In this document: positions 55,829 to 64,000 of the stretch, piece after piece
Position numbering within the stretch: the stretch's first letter is position 1
Layout of the letters: each line of letters starts with the position of its first letter
IMG/VR virus record: IMGVR_UViG_3300036770_003400
DNA: 64,000 nucleotides
Reading direction: 5' to 3' (one strand)
Source of the DNA: a virus
Made by a program: the position numbers and the translations under genes
Notes under the pieces: generated by a model
Databases searched by the model: none
Seen by the model: only the letters and a program-made list of their open reading frames with translations
Told to the model about the DNA's origin: nothing

Positions 55829-56574
55829 TCCACTACCACGGATTGCCGGTGACGCCCATTGAGGCGGCGATTGCAGCAGTGCGCGGCGGACACGCGTTCG
55901 TATCGTTCGCGCACCCGGAGCAGTTGGGCCTCGCGCTGGAGGTTTGCCAGACTCTGGCGCTGGACAACGGTGCGTTTTCGGCCTGGAAGGTAGGCGCCGC
56001 CCTAACGGACTGGTCGAAGTATTACGACTGGATCGGGCATATGCACCGGCTGCCGCAATTCGATTTCGCGGTGATCCCTGACGTGATCGACGGCGACGAG
56101 GAAGCCAACGACCGGCTGCTGGACGACTGGCCTTGGCGGACGGGGCGCTGGCGCCATGTCGGGGTGCCGGTCTGGCACCTGCACGAGTCTCTCGAGCGGC
56201 TGGAGCGGCTGGCGGCGAACTGGCCGCGCGTGGCACTCGGGTCAAGCGGAGCGTATGCGACGGTGGGTTCGACTTCGTGGTGGGCGAGGATGAGCGAAGC
56301 GATGGATGTGCTGTGCGACCGCGACGGCCGGCCGACGACGAAGCTGCACGGCCTGCGGATGCTGGACACGGATGTGTTTCCGTCGTTCCCGTTTTCGTCG
56401 GCGGACTCCACAAACATCGGGCGCAACGTCGGCATCGACTCCAGGTGGCGCGGAACCTACACCCCGGCCAGCAAAGCGGGGCGAGCCGCAGTGATTCGGG
56501 AGCGCATTGAGGTGGTGCAAGGCGCGACGTACTGGGTCGATGGCCCGCAACAGGACGACTGGTTGGCAGCATGA
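55825..56574 (+). CDS. tRNA-guanine-transglycosylase (TGT/DpdA)-like protein
   Basis: Motif order LDNGAFS...IPD...PVWH...ALGSS...KLHGL...SADST parallels the TGT barrel. Confidence 0.6.
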   Translation: MIHYHGLPVTPIEAAIAAVRGGHAFVSFAHPEQLGLALEVCQTLALDNGAFSAWKVGAALTDWSKYYDWIGHMHRLPQFDFAVIPDVIDGDEEANDRLLDDWPWRTGRWRHVGVPVWHLHESLERLERLAANWPRVALGSSGAYATVGSTSWWARMSEAMDVLCDRDGRPTTKLHGLRMLDTDVFPSFPFSSADSTNIGRNVGIDSRWRGTYTPASKAGRAAVIRERIEVVQGATYWVDGPQQDDWLAA

Positions 56575-56786
56575 GCAGCGACGAAACCTACGACCCGATC
56601 GAGACGCCGGTCCGGACGCCGCAGCCTGCCGGCATCCTGCCGCGCGATCTTGAGCGCCGCCTGATCCTGGCTAGCCAGTTGCCGGTCGAGCGCGATCGTC
56701 TGCGGGCCATCGACAACGCCGTGACGTTGGGCCGCCTGCACTACCCGCATCTCTGGCGACGGGAGGCGCGCAAGCCGTGGCTGTGA
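56571..56786 (+). CDS. hypothetical protein
   Basis: ATGA-coupled ORF. Confidence 0.55.
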   Translation: MSSDETYDPIETPVRTPQPAGILPRDLERRLILASQLPVERDRLRAIDNAVTLGRLHYPHLWRREARKPWL

Positions 56787-57040
56787 CCGAGTGCCTCGGC
56801 TGCGAGCTGATCGGCGTCGATGGCCGGCAGGTGACGCTGCATGACGGAACGGTGGTCTGCAACCAGTGCGAGCAGTGGCGAATGGAGTGCGAGGCCAGAC
56901 ACCTGCTAAACATGCCTCTAGGACCGCGTAGGAAGGCGCTAGACGCGATCAGCGAGAAAAGAGGTCCGAAGGTACTGGGGCCGCTGAAGAATCGAATGGA
57001 GGCGCTCTGGCGCGGTCGTAGGGGTATCGGCGGTGGATGA
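56777..57040 (+). CDS. hypothetical Cys-containing protein
   Basis: CLGC...CNQCE.WR.ECEAR. Confidence 0.55.
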   Translation: MAVTECLGCELIGVDGRQVTLHDGTVVCNQCEQWRMECEARHLLNMPLGPRRKALDAISEKRGPKVLGPLKNRMEALWRGRRGIGGG

Positions 57041-57306
57041 GGGGCGACATGGGTAAACGAATCGTCCTAGTGGCGGTCAATGATCAGGGTCGGCGCATTG
57101 GGATGAGCCACCACAACGCCAGGATTCCGGATACCGTGGTGGCCGCGATCCGGCTCGCGCACGAACAGGACGGGGTTGGCTACCGGCAGTTGGCCAGGAT
57201 TCACGGATTGAGCCGGCACACTGTGGCAAAATTGTGCCGCTATGAGCGCCGATGGCAGATGCCTTTTGCCTGGAAACGAGTGGTGGTGAATGATGAACAC
57301 GGCTGA
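57037..57306 (+). CDS. HTH protein, candidate late-gene regulator
   Basis: GVGYRQLARIHGLSRHTVAKLC HTH; directly upstream of terS. Confidence 0.6.
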   Translation: MRGDMGKRIVLVAVNDQGRRIGMSHHNARIPDTVVAAIRLAHEQDGVGYRQLARIHGLSRHTVAKLCRYERRWQMPFAWKRVVVNDEHG

Positions 57307-57787
57307 ACGGATGAAGACCAGGGTCGGTGACCGTCCGTCTAAGGGAACAAGGGGACGGCTACCAGAACCGGTTCCGGTTGAGCATGCTGATGCGATTATC
57401 GAGTGGATCGCGCAGGGAAAGACGCTGCGACAGTGGTGTCGGGATCATGAGATCCATTACGGGACCGTCTACCTATGGCTGGCAAAGGACAAGATTTTTG
57501 CTCAACGCTTCGCGGAGGCAAGGGCAATTGGGGCGGACTGCATTGCCGAGGAAGTGCTGGCAATTGCGGATACGACGCAGGAAGGCGTTACGACCAGAAT
57601 CACTGAGCGCGGGGTCGAAGAGACCCGGGAGGATATGCTCGGGCATCGCAAGCTGCAGGTTGAGACGCGGCTTAAGTTGCTGGCCAAGTGGTTCCCGCAG
57701 AAGTACGGGGACAAGGTCGATCTGCAGCATGGTGGTTCGATCACGCTGACGGTGGCGACCGGCATCCCCGATGCAGAAGTCGATTGA
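57290..57787 (+). CDS. terS: terminase small subunit
   Basis: IIEWIAQGKTLRQWC, FAEAR..G.D.IAEE.L.IAD, KLQVETRLKLLAKW.P.KYGD. Confidence 0.88.
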   Translation: MMNTAERMKTRVGDRPSKGTRGRLPEPVPVEHADAIIEWIAQGKTLRQWCRDHEIHYGTVYLWLAKDKIFAQRFAEARAIGADCIAEEVLAIADTTQEGVTTRITERGVEETREDMLGHRKLQVETRLKLLAKWFPQKYGDKVDLQHGGSITLTVATGIPDAEVD

Positions 57788-59102
57788 CCTAGGCTACAGG
57801 CCGCGTCCCTGGCAGCTTGAGTGTCACAAGCAGCGCAAGCGATTCACTGTCCTGGCGCTGCATCGCCGCGCCGGCAAGACGGAACTGGCGCTGATGGAGT
57901 TGATCGACAAGGCGCTCAAGTGCCGCAAGGAACTGGGCCTGTTCTTCTACGTCGCGCCGTTTCTAAAGCAGGCAAAGGCCATCGCTTGGCAGCGCCTGAA
58001 GACCAGGATAGAGCCGCTGCGGCAGGTCAATGCCGTGACGATCAGCGAGGTGGATCTGTCGGTCACGTTCCTGCACAACGGCGCAATGATCCGCGTGTTC
58101 GGGGCTGACAATCCGGATGCTGCGCGTGGTGTCCGCCTGGATGGCGTCGTGCTCGACGAGGTCGCTCAGATCAAGCCGGAGATCTGGCAAGACGTGCTTC
58201 AACCGGCGCTGTCAGACCGCCTGGGCTGGGCCATGATGATCGGCACACCCTCCGGCATCAACCTGTTCAGCGAGCTGTACTATCGGGCGCAGGATCTGCC
58301 GGACTGGCATGCCGCGAGGTACACGGTCAACGATACCTCGGCCATGGATCCGCAGGAGGTGGAGCGCCTCCAGCGAGACATGAGCGAGGCCAGCTTCGCG
58401 CGCGAGTATCTGTGCGACTTCAGCGCTGCCGGCGACGACCAGTTGATCCCGCTGGCCCTGGCCGAGGAGGCCGCGCGGCGGACGTACAGCAAGGACGCCA
58501 TTGAGCATGCGCCGACGATCCTCGGCGTGGATCCGGCCCGGTTTGGTGACGACCGCAGCGTCATCGTGCGCCGCCAGGGGCTGCAGATGTTCGCAGCGAC
58601 CGTCTACCGTGGCCTGGACAACATGGATCTGGCTGGCCGGGTGGCTGCGCAGATCATCGAGCATGAGCCGGATGCGGTGTTCATCGATTCCGGCGCCGGT
58701 GCCGGCGTCATCGACCGCCTGCGGCAGCTCGATCACGATGTCATCGAGGTTCCGTTCGGCGGGCGGGCCAATGCTGCCAACCTGTTCCTCAACCGCCGGG
58801 CCGAAATGTGGTGGTCCGTCCGCGAATGGCTGGAGCAAGGCGGGGCGATCCCGAATGACATCGGCCTGAAGCAGGAACTGGCCACGCCGATCTACTGGTA
58901 CGACCAGCAGGGGCGCCGGGTGCTTGAGCCGAAGGACCGCATCAAGGAGCGCTTGCAGGGCGGCGGGTCACCAGACATGGCCGACGCCCTGGCACTCACG
59001 TTTGCGCATCCTGTCGGCAAGCGCCTGCCACGCGACATCTACGAGCGGGTGCGGCGCGCCAAGTCCGAAGAGTACGACCCGTATCGGGGCGTGTTGCAGT
59101 AG
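57771..59102 (+). CDS. terL: terminase large subunit
   Basis: HRRAGKT, GVVLDE, GTP.G.N, GVDPARFGDD, SPDMADALALTF. Confidence 0.95.
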   Translation: MQKSIDLGYRPRPWQLECHKQRKRFTVLALHRRAGKTELALMELIDKALKCRKELGLFFYVAPFLKQAKAIAWQRLKTRIEPLRQVNAVTISEVDLSVTFLHNGAMIRVFGADNPDAARGVRLDGVVLDEVAQIKPEIWQDVLQPALSDRLGWAMMIGTPSGINLFSELYYRAQDLPDWHAARYTVNDTSAMDPQEVERLQRDMSEASFAREYLCDFSAAGDDQLIPLALAEEAARRTYSKDAIEHAPTILGVDPARFGDDRSVIVRRQGLQMFAATVYRGLDNMDLAGRVAAQIIEHEPDAVFIDSGAGAGVIDRLRQLDHDVIEVPFGGRANAANLFLNRRAEMWWSVREWLEQGGAIPNDIGLKQELATPIYWYDQQGRRVLEPKDRIKERLQGGGSPDMADALALTFAHPVGKRLPRDIYERVRRAKSEEYDPYRGVLQ

Positions 59103-59135
59103 GGTGCCCGTGATTGATGGGCGGTCGGGTATGTT
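59103..59135 (+). promoter_or_regulatory. phage B late promoter motif, copy 3
   Basis: GGTGCCCGTGA-N16-TATGTT before portal operon. Confidence 0.65.
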
Positions 59136-59161
59136 GGATGTAATGATCAGGAGATCAAACC

Positions 59162-59539
59162 ATGTTCGGATTTGACATCGGCGGTCTGCTTGGCGGTGCT
59201 ATCGGAGGCCTCATCGGCGGCATCATGGGTCCACTTGGCAGTCTGGCCGGCGGCATGAAGGGCTATGCAAAGCGGTCGGATGTCGGCCGGCAAATGAAGC
59301 ACCAGTTGCAGCAACAGGAAGCTGCGCAGCGCCAGACCCTGGCGGCATCGGAGCGGCAGCGGCAGGTCAGCGAGCAGGCCATGAACCGTGCCAACCAGCG
59401 TCAGCCCAATGTGCGCGGCATCATGGAAGGCGCGATGCAACAGGCTGCTGGTGGCCCGTCTGGCACGATGCTCACCGGGCCCTCCGGCATTGCGCCAGGA
59501 GATTTGAATTTAGGCAGAGCCACTCTTCTAGGCTCATAA
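59162..59539 (+). CDS. small virion protein (pre-portal)
   Basis: Gly-rich N-terminus; GTMLTGPSG...LGRATLLG. Confidence 0.65.
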   Translation: MFGFDIGGLLGGAIGGLIGGIMGPLGSLAGGMKGYAKRSDVGRQMKHQLQQQEAAQRQTLAASERQRQVSEQAMNRANQRQPNVRGIMEGAMQQAAGGPSGTMLTGPSGIAPGDLNLGRATLLGS

Positions 59540-59550
59540 ACAAGTGATTT

Positions 59551-59637
59551 TGCGCGCAGCTAGGTTAGCTCCCGAAAGCCGGTTTCCTGACCCGGTTGCT
59601 GCGTGCATTCATTTTGTCAGGTCGATCATTCAGGAGA
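59551..59637 (+). ncRNA. structured leader of HNH gene
   Basis: 10-bp outer stem; inner hairpin loop TTTCCTGAC complementary to SD region TCAGGAGA. Confidence 0.5.
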
Positions 59638-59642
59638 TCGAG

Positions 59643-60152
59643 ATGGCAGGAAAACTTAAAGACATTGCAGGCCAAAAATTCGGTCGTTTAACAGTTATTT
59701 ATAGAGTGCCTCATGACGGTACGGCAAGAGTGGCAAAATGGTTGTGCGTATGCGAATGCGGGCATGAACACATAGCGTTTGGCAATCATTTGCGTTCTGG
59801 TGTAACTACAGAATGTACTGAATGCTGGCGTAGCAAAAGACCGAATCGCTATGAAACAAAAACGAGGCTTTATGGGATTTGGACTGGCATGCGTAAACGA
59901 TGCCAGAATGAAGCCGTAGCTTCGTGGAAACATTACGGTGCAAAAGGCATCGCAGTGTGCGACGAATGGCAGGATTATCAAGCGTTCAAAGCGTGGGCGT
60001 TAACACATGGATATGCCAATGATTTGACGATTGAGCGAATCAATCCAAACATCGGATACATTCCATCAAATTGCGAATGGATTACCAAATCTGAAAACAG
60101 CAGACGTTGCTCAGTGTTGCGATGGGCGCGTGAAAAAGGAAAAGCAGCATGA
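59643..60152 (+). CDS. free-standing HNH homing-endonuclease-like protein
   Basis: GQKFGRLTV, WLCVCECG, LYGIW..M..RC, YG..GI.VC.EW, TIERIN...GY.PSNC.W; AT-rich. Confidence 0.8.
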   Translation: MAGKLKDIAGQKFGRLTVIYRVPHDGTARVAKWLCVCECGHEHIAFGNHLRSGVTTECTECWRSKRPNRYETKTRLYGIWTGMRKRCQNEAVASWKHYGAKGIAVCDEWQDYQAFKAWALTHGYANDLTIERINPNIGYIPSNCEWITKSENSRRCSVLRWAREKGKAA

Positions 60153-61873
60153 GCCAATTCCCACGCGACACGCAGTCATATTCAAAAACGCCCAAGCGCG
60201 ACAAGCTCTTCACCAGATGGGGCATGCTCAAGAGTGAGCGCGCTACCTTCTGGGCGCACTGGCAGGAACTGACCACCTATCTGCTGCCGCGCAACGGGCG
60301 TTACTTCCGCCAGGATCGCAACCGTGGCGAGCGCCGCCATAACTCGATCTACGACAACTCCGGTACCAGGGCGCTGCGTGTGCTCGGTGCCGGCATGATG
60401 GCCGGGGCGACCAGTCCTGCCAGACCCTGGTTCCGCCTCGGCACACCGGACCCGGAACTCAATGCCTTCCAGCCGGCGCGTCTCTGGCTAGACGATGTCG
60501 GCCGCAGGATGCAGGGCATCTTCCAGCGCTCGAACGCGTATCGCGCCTTGCATCAGATGTACGAGGAACTCGGGTGCTTCGGCACCGCGTCGTCGCTGCT
60601 GCTGCCGGACTACGACAACGTCATCCATCTGTATCCCTCGACAGTCGGCGAGTTCGCCGTGGCGACCGACTACCAGGGACATGTCACCACGATCTATCGC
60701 GAGTTCGAGAAGACCGTTGCCGAGTTGGTCTCTGAGTTCGGCCGCGAGAATTGCAGCCTGTCGGTGCGCAACCTGTACGACCGTGGCAATCTGGATTCGT
60801 GGGTGCCGATCATCCATGCTGTCGAGCCGCGCGCTGATCGCGATGTCCGCAAGCGGGACTCGCTGAACATGCCCTGGCTGTCCTGCTACTTCGAGGTCGG
60901 TGGCGAGCCGGACAAGTTCCTGCGTGAGTCTGGCTACAAGTCATTCCCCGCTCTGGTGCCGCGCTGGGCCGTGGCCGGCGGCGATGTCTACGGACACTCA
61001 CCCGGCATGGAAGCGCTCGGCGACATCAAGCAGCTCCAGCATGAGCAGCTACGCAAGGCGCAGGGCATCGACTACCAGACCAAGCCACCGCTGCAGGTGC
61101 CGGTCAGCATGAAGAACCGGGATGTCGAGACACTCCCTGGTGGCATCTCGTTCGTGGACATGAACAGCCCGTCTGGTGGCATCAAGACGGCGTTTGAGGT
61201 GCGGCTGGATCTCAACCATCTGCTGATGGACATCCAGGACGTGCGCGAGCGCATCCGTGGGGCGTTCTATGCCGACTTGTTCCTGATGCTGGCCAATGCG
61301 ACGGCTACGCGCATGACGGCGACCGAGGTTGCCGAGCGGCACGAAGAGAAGCTGCTGATGCTTGGCCCGGTGCTCGAGCGACTGCACAACGAGTTGCTCC
61401 AGCCGCTGATCGATACGACCTTCGAGCGCATGGTCGAGGCGAATCTGCTGCCGCCGCCGCCGCCAGAACTGGCCGGCATGGAGCTGCAGGTCGAGTTCGT
61501 TTCCATGCTGGCGCAGGCGCAGCGCGCGGTCGGCACAAACAGCGTGGACCGATTCGTGGGCAACCTGGGCGCCATCGCGCAGATGAAGCCAGATGTGCTT
61601 GACAAGTTCGACAGTGATGCCTGGGCAGATGCCTATGCCGACATGCTTGGAGTCGATCCGAAGATCATCGTTGCGAATGAGCAGGTCGCTGTCGTGCGGC
61701 AGGCTCGGGACCGTGCCATGGCTGCCCAGGCGGAAATGGCGGCCATGGAACAGCAGGCCAAGGTAGCGAAGGATCTAGCCGCCGCGCCGACCAATGAGCC
61801 CAATGTGCTCATGGATGTGATGAACATGTTCTCCGGCTACGGCAGCCCGTCGGCGGTCGAGGTCGGACAGTAA
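60149..61873 (+). CDS. portal (head-to-tail connector), T7/BPP-1 type
   Basis: TSPARPWF, RW....GDVYG.SPG..AL.DIK.LQ, MTATEV.ER.EEKL..LGPVLERL. Confidence 0.93.
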   Translation: MSQFPRDTQSYSKTPKRDKLFTRWGMLKSERATFWAHWQELTTYLLPRNGRYFRQDRNRGERRHNSIYDNSGTRALRVLGAGMMAGATSPARPWFRLGTPDPELNAFQPARLWLDDVGRRMQGIFQRSNAYRALHQMYEELGCFGTASSLLLPDYDNVIHLYPSTVGEFAVATDYQGHVTTIYREFEKTVAELVSEFGRENCSLSVRNLYDRGNLDSWVPIIHAVEPRADRDVRKRDSLNMPWLSCYFEVGGEPDKFLRESGYKSFPALVPRWAVAGGDVYGHSPGMEALGDIKQLQHEQLRKAQGIDYQTKPPLQVPVSMKNRDVETLPGGISFVDMNSPSGGIKTAFEVRLDLNHLLMDIQDVRERIRGAFYADLFLMLANATATRMTATEVAERHEEKLLMLGPVLERLHNELLQPLIDTTFERMVEANLLPPPPPELAGMELQVEFVSMLAQAQRAVGTNSVDRFVGNLGAIAQMKPDVLDKFDSDAWADAYADMLGVDPKIIVANEQVAVVRQARDRAMAAQAEMAAMEQQAKVAKDLAAAPTNEPNVLMDVMNMFSGYGSPSAVEVGQ

Positions 61874-61882
61874 GGGGGCGCC

Positions 61883-62011
61883 ATGCCAGCACGATCAGCA
61901 AAGCAAGCCGCGCTCATGCGCGCCGTCGCCCACAGTGCCAAGTTCGCCAAAAAGGTCGGCATCCCGCAGTCGGTCGGGCGCGAGTACAGCAAGAAGCCGA
62001 AGAAGAAATGA
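61883..62011 (+). CDS. small basic protein
   Basis: MPARSAKQAALMRAVAHSAKFAKKVGIPQSVGREY; not in ORF track, coupled to next gene. Confidence 0.65.
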   Translation: MPARSAKQAALMRAVAHSAKFAKKVGIPQSVGREYSKKPKKK

Positions 62012-62301
62012 TGCTGCTGCACCTCGGTGACCCCCCGGCTGGTTGGGAGCGGGTGCCGGGGTTTGAGGGGTTCATCCGCGAGATCGTCGTCGTCCCTTCG
62101 AAGGATGGCGAGCAGGGCCCACCTGGGCCGCAGGGTGAGCGTGGCGAACCTGGGCGCGATGCCGACCCGGAGCAGGTATTGGCGGTAGTGGCGCAGGCCG
62201 TCGATAAATATCGCGAGAAGGAGCTAACGCAAACTAAGGGAGTAATTGCGGCATTCTGGGGTAAATGGCAAAATAAAGCCTCCAACAAGGAGGCTTTATG
62301 A
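62008..62301 (+). CDS. collagen-like virion protein, N-terminal fragment
   Basis: GEQGPPGPQGERGEPGRD; last ~30 codons AT-rich. Confidence 0.6.
   Translation: MMLLHLGDPPAGWERVPGFEGFIREIVVVPSKDGEQGPPGPQGERGEPGRDADPEQVLAVVAQAVDKYREKELTQTKGVIAAFWGKWQNKASNKEAL
62273..62299 (+). promoter_or_regulatory. RBS/start-sequestering hairpin
   Basis: ATAAAGCCTCC-AACAA-GGAGGCTTTAT, perfect 11-bp stem covering GGAGG and AT of ATG. Confidence 0.8.
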
Positions 62302-62972
62302 ACTGGCAAAAGGTAAGCAAGCAACTACAGGCGGCCGACTATCCGTTTTTTGTGGTGCGGCGACTGGGCATATCGATGAGCGCAGAATTGGTCAGGATGT
62401 GCGACATCAGTGTCGGCGTGAGTCGCGCAGAGATTTATTGTGACCGCGCCAACAATGCCTATGGATTGAGGTTCGTAAACATCGTGACGCCAGATTCCTA
62501 TGTCATAACGTCGGATGGCGGCGGACGCAAAGCGGATTCCTCGAAGAAAACCAACACGGCATTTATTGCGTGCGGTCGTATCGTCAGTACGAATCCTGCC
62601 TTGTTGGCAGAGGCACAATCTGGCAAGAAAACACGATTGCCTGCATTGTTCGACAAAGACAATAGCATCGTGTACTTCAGAGTCGGGCCTACGTTCGAGC
62701 ACAAATACTCTGAGCGTCGTCCGCAAGGCAATGAGCGAGGCGTGTATCGCTACATGCTAGACGGTGAGGCGGTTTACATCGGGCAAGGCGCGCTGCAAGA
62801 ACGATTGGCTTCGAAGGAACGTGAAACCTGGAAGTATGACGACATCGAATACATGATTGTCGATGATGAGGAAAAGCGGTTTTCCGTTGAAGCTGGGTTG
62901 ATTGACGAAATTAGGCAAACCACTGGCCGGTTGCCTTTTTACAATCGTGTCGGAGGTCGTCGCATTGAATGA
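62298..62972 (+). CDS. GIY-YIG nuclease (C-terminal domain) with unknown N-terminal domain
   Basis: GVYRY...VYIGQG.LQERL...E..LI......PFYN; about 50% GC. Confidence 0.8.
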   Translation: MNWQKVSKQLQAADYPFFVVRRLGISMSAELVRMCDISVGVSRAEIYCDRANNAYGLRFVNIVTPDSYVITSDGGGRKADSSKKTNTAFIACGRIVSTNPALLAEAQSGKKTRLPALFDKDNSIVYFRVGPTFEHKYSERRPQGNERGVYRYMLDGEAVYIGQGALQERLASKERETWKYDDIEYMIVDDEEKRFSVEAGLIDEIRQTTGRLPFYNRVGGRRIE

Positions 62973-63435
62973 CCAGACACCGGGCGGCGTCCTTGCGGAA
63001 TGGTTGGTCGAGGCTGTTCCGTTACTCATCTCGGACGAAGTCTCCAAGCTGCCGAAGCCGAAGGATGGCCGCGACGGTCGTCCCGGCACGGACGGCAAGC
63101 CGGGGCGTGATGGCCAGGACGGCGCCCCTGGTGTCGGCATCGACGACATCAAGGCCTATGGCCAAGACATGCTGGTGGCGCTGTCTGACGGCACCGAAAA
63201 GCGGTTTCGTCTGCCGGGTGGCGGCAGTGCTGCATTCGGTGGTGGCGGTGGTGGTGGTGCATCGACCCTGGCGGCGCTCACCGATACCGATGTTGCCGGC
63301 GCTGTCGATGGCCAGAAGCTGATGTACGACGGCGGTCTCGCCAAGTGGGTGCCGGTGACGAGCGCGACTGTCACGGTGTCGGCGACGGCCCCGCTTAATC
63401 CCAGGGTCGGCGACCTCTGGATCGACATCTCATAG
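62973..63435 (+). CDS. collagen-like virion protein, C-terminal fragment (start unclear)
   Basis: PKPKDGRDGRPGTDGKPGRDGQDG; same frame as 62008; no clear start codon/RBS. Confidence 0.55.
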
Positions 63436-63444
63436 GAGTGACAA

Positions 63445-63846
63445 GTGGCAAACGCGATCTACCCTAAGTACAAGCAGGCGCTGCTTGATGCGTCAGCAAA
63501 CACGGACCTCAATGACGGCACGGTCAAAGTGGCGCTGGTGGATACCGGCACCTACACCTACAACAGCGCGCATGAGTTCTACAGCAGCCTGTCTGGCGTC
63601 GTCGGCACACCGCAGGAGATCCTGAATACGACCGTCACCGATGGCGTGTTCGATGGTGACAATGTCACCTTCACGGCTGTGTCTGGCAACAGCGTCGAGG
63701 CCCTAGTCATCTACATCGACACGGGCAACACTGGCACCTCGCGTCTAGTGGCGTACATTGATACCAGCGTGACGGGCCTGCCGGTCCCGCCGAATGGCGG
63801 GGACATTTCGATCACCTGGAACGCCAGCGGGATCTTCGCTCTTTGA
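63445..63846 (+). CDS. virion structural/accessory protein
   Basis: AGGAG RBS, GTG start; MANAIYPKYKQALL...PNGGDI.ITWNASGIF. Confidence 0.7.
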   Translation: MANAIYPKYKQALLDASANTDLNDGTVKVALVDTGTYTYNSAHEFYSSLSGVVGTPQEILNTTVTDGVFDGDNVTFTAVSGNSVEALVIYIDTGNTGTSRLVAYIDTSVTGLPVPPNGGDISITWNASGIFAL

Positions 63847-63849
63847 GTA

Positions 63850-64000
63850 ATGACGCGGTATTCAAACTGCCTCATCTTTGCGCTGATGCTCTGGCGACGC
63901 CAGGGAGGCTATTTGATTGTCCGCAAGAGCCGCTACACCTGGGTGCCGCACTTCATGTGGGCACGATCCATTGAGGGCCTCGACATCGTGGAATACAAAC
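63850..64000 (+). CDS. hypothetical protein, 3'-truncated
   Basis: MTRYSNCLIFALMLW... open to window end. Confidence 0.45.
   Translation, partial: MTRYSNCLIFALMLWRRQGGYLIVRKSRYTWVPHFMWARSIEGLDIVEYK

Noticed and set aside
62205-63000. Group I intron carrying the GIY-YIG ORF
   Set aside because: Non-coding flanks are only about 90 and 30 nt and I could not find P7 R/S core elements; not excluded without a covariance search.
62969-63322. ATGA-coupled ORF after the GIY-YIG gene as the true downstream gene
   Set aside because: Its translation is not protein-like; the collagen/virion signal is in the other frame.

Overview
The window is entirely bacteriophage DNA and appears to hold two different phage genomes joined end to end. 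Phage A (1 to about 23-24.5 kb, about 70% GC by spot counts) is a temperate lambda-like siphovirus. It carries head-tail joining and tail genes, a lysis cassette, an intact attP (3' half of tRNA-Thr(CGT)) beside a tyrosine integrase, a cI/cro switch with readable operators, a VapE-type helicase with a mirror-iteron origin, and a gpA-type terminase. Its portal and capsid genes are not in the window. Phage B (about 24.5-64 kb, about 60% GC) is a nearly complete BPP-1-like podovirus with scaffold, capsid, tail tube, ejection proteins, two beta-helix tailspikes, lysis, RecT/YqaJ, RusA, SSB, replication initiator, terminase and T7-type portal. It has no integrase, CI repressor or DGR. The two phages share a tailspike-like gene and near-identical early-gene segments, so they probably infect the same host; the join may be an assembly chimera. 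Most interesting signals: (1) an HhH-GPD DNA-glycosylase-like domain inside the 2306-aa ejected polyvalent protein; (2) a GIY-YIG nuclease apparently splitting a collagen-like virion gene, with a perfect RBS-sequestering hairpin and an internal promoter candidate; (3) a kissing-loop/anti-Shine-Dalgarno RNA switch upstream of the replication operon; (4) a TGT/DpdA-like orphan gene next to the initiator; (5) a three-copy phage-specific late-promoter motif; (6) a repressor operator on a promoter downstream of terL. All family assignments come from motif recognition by eye; no database searches were run.
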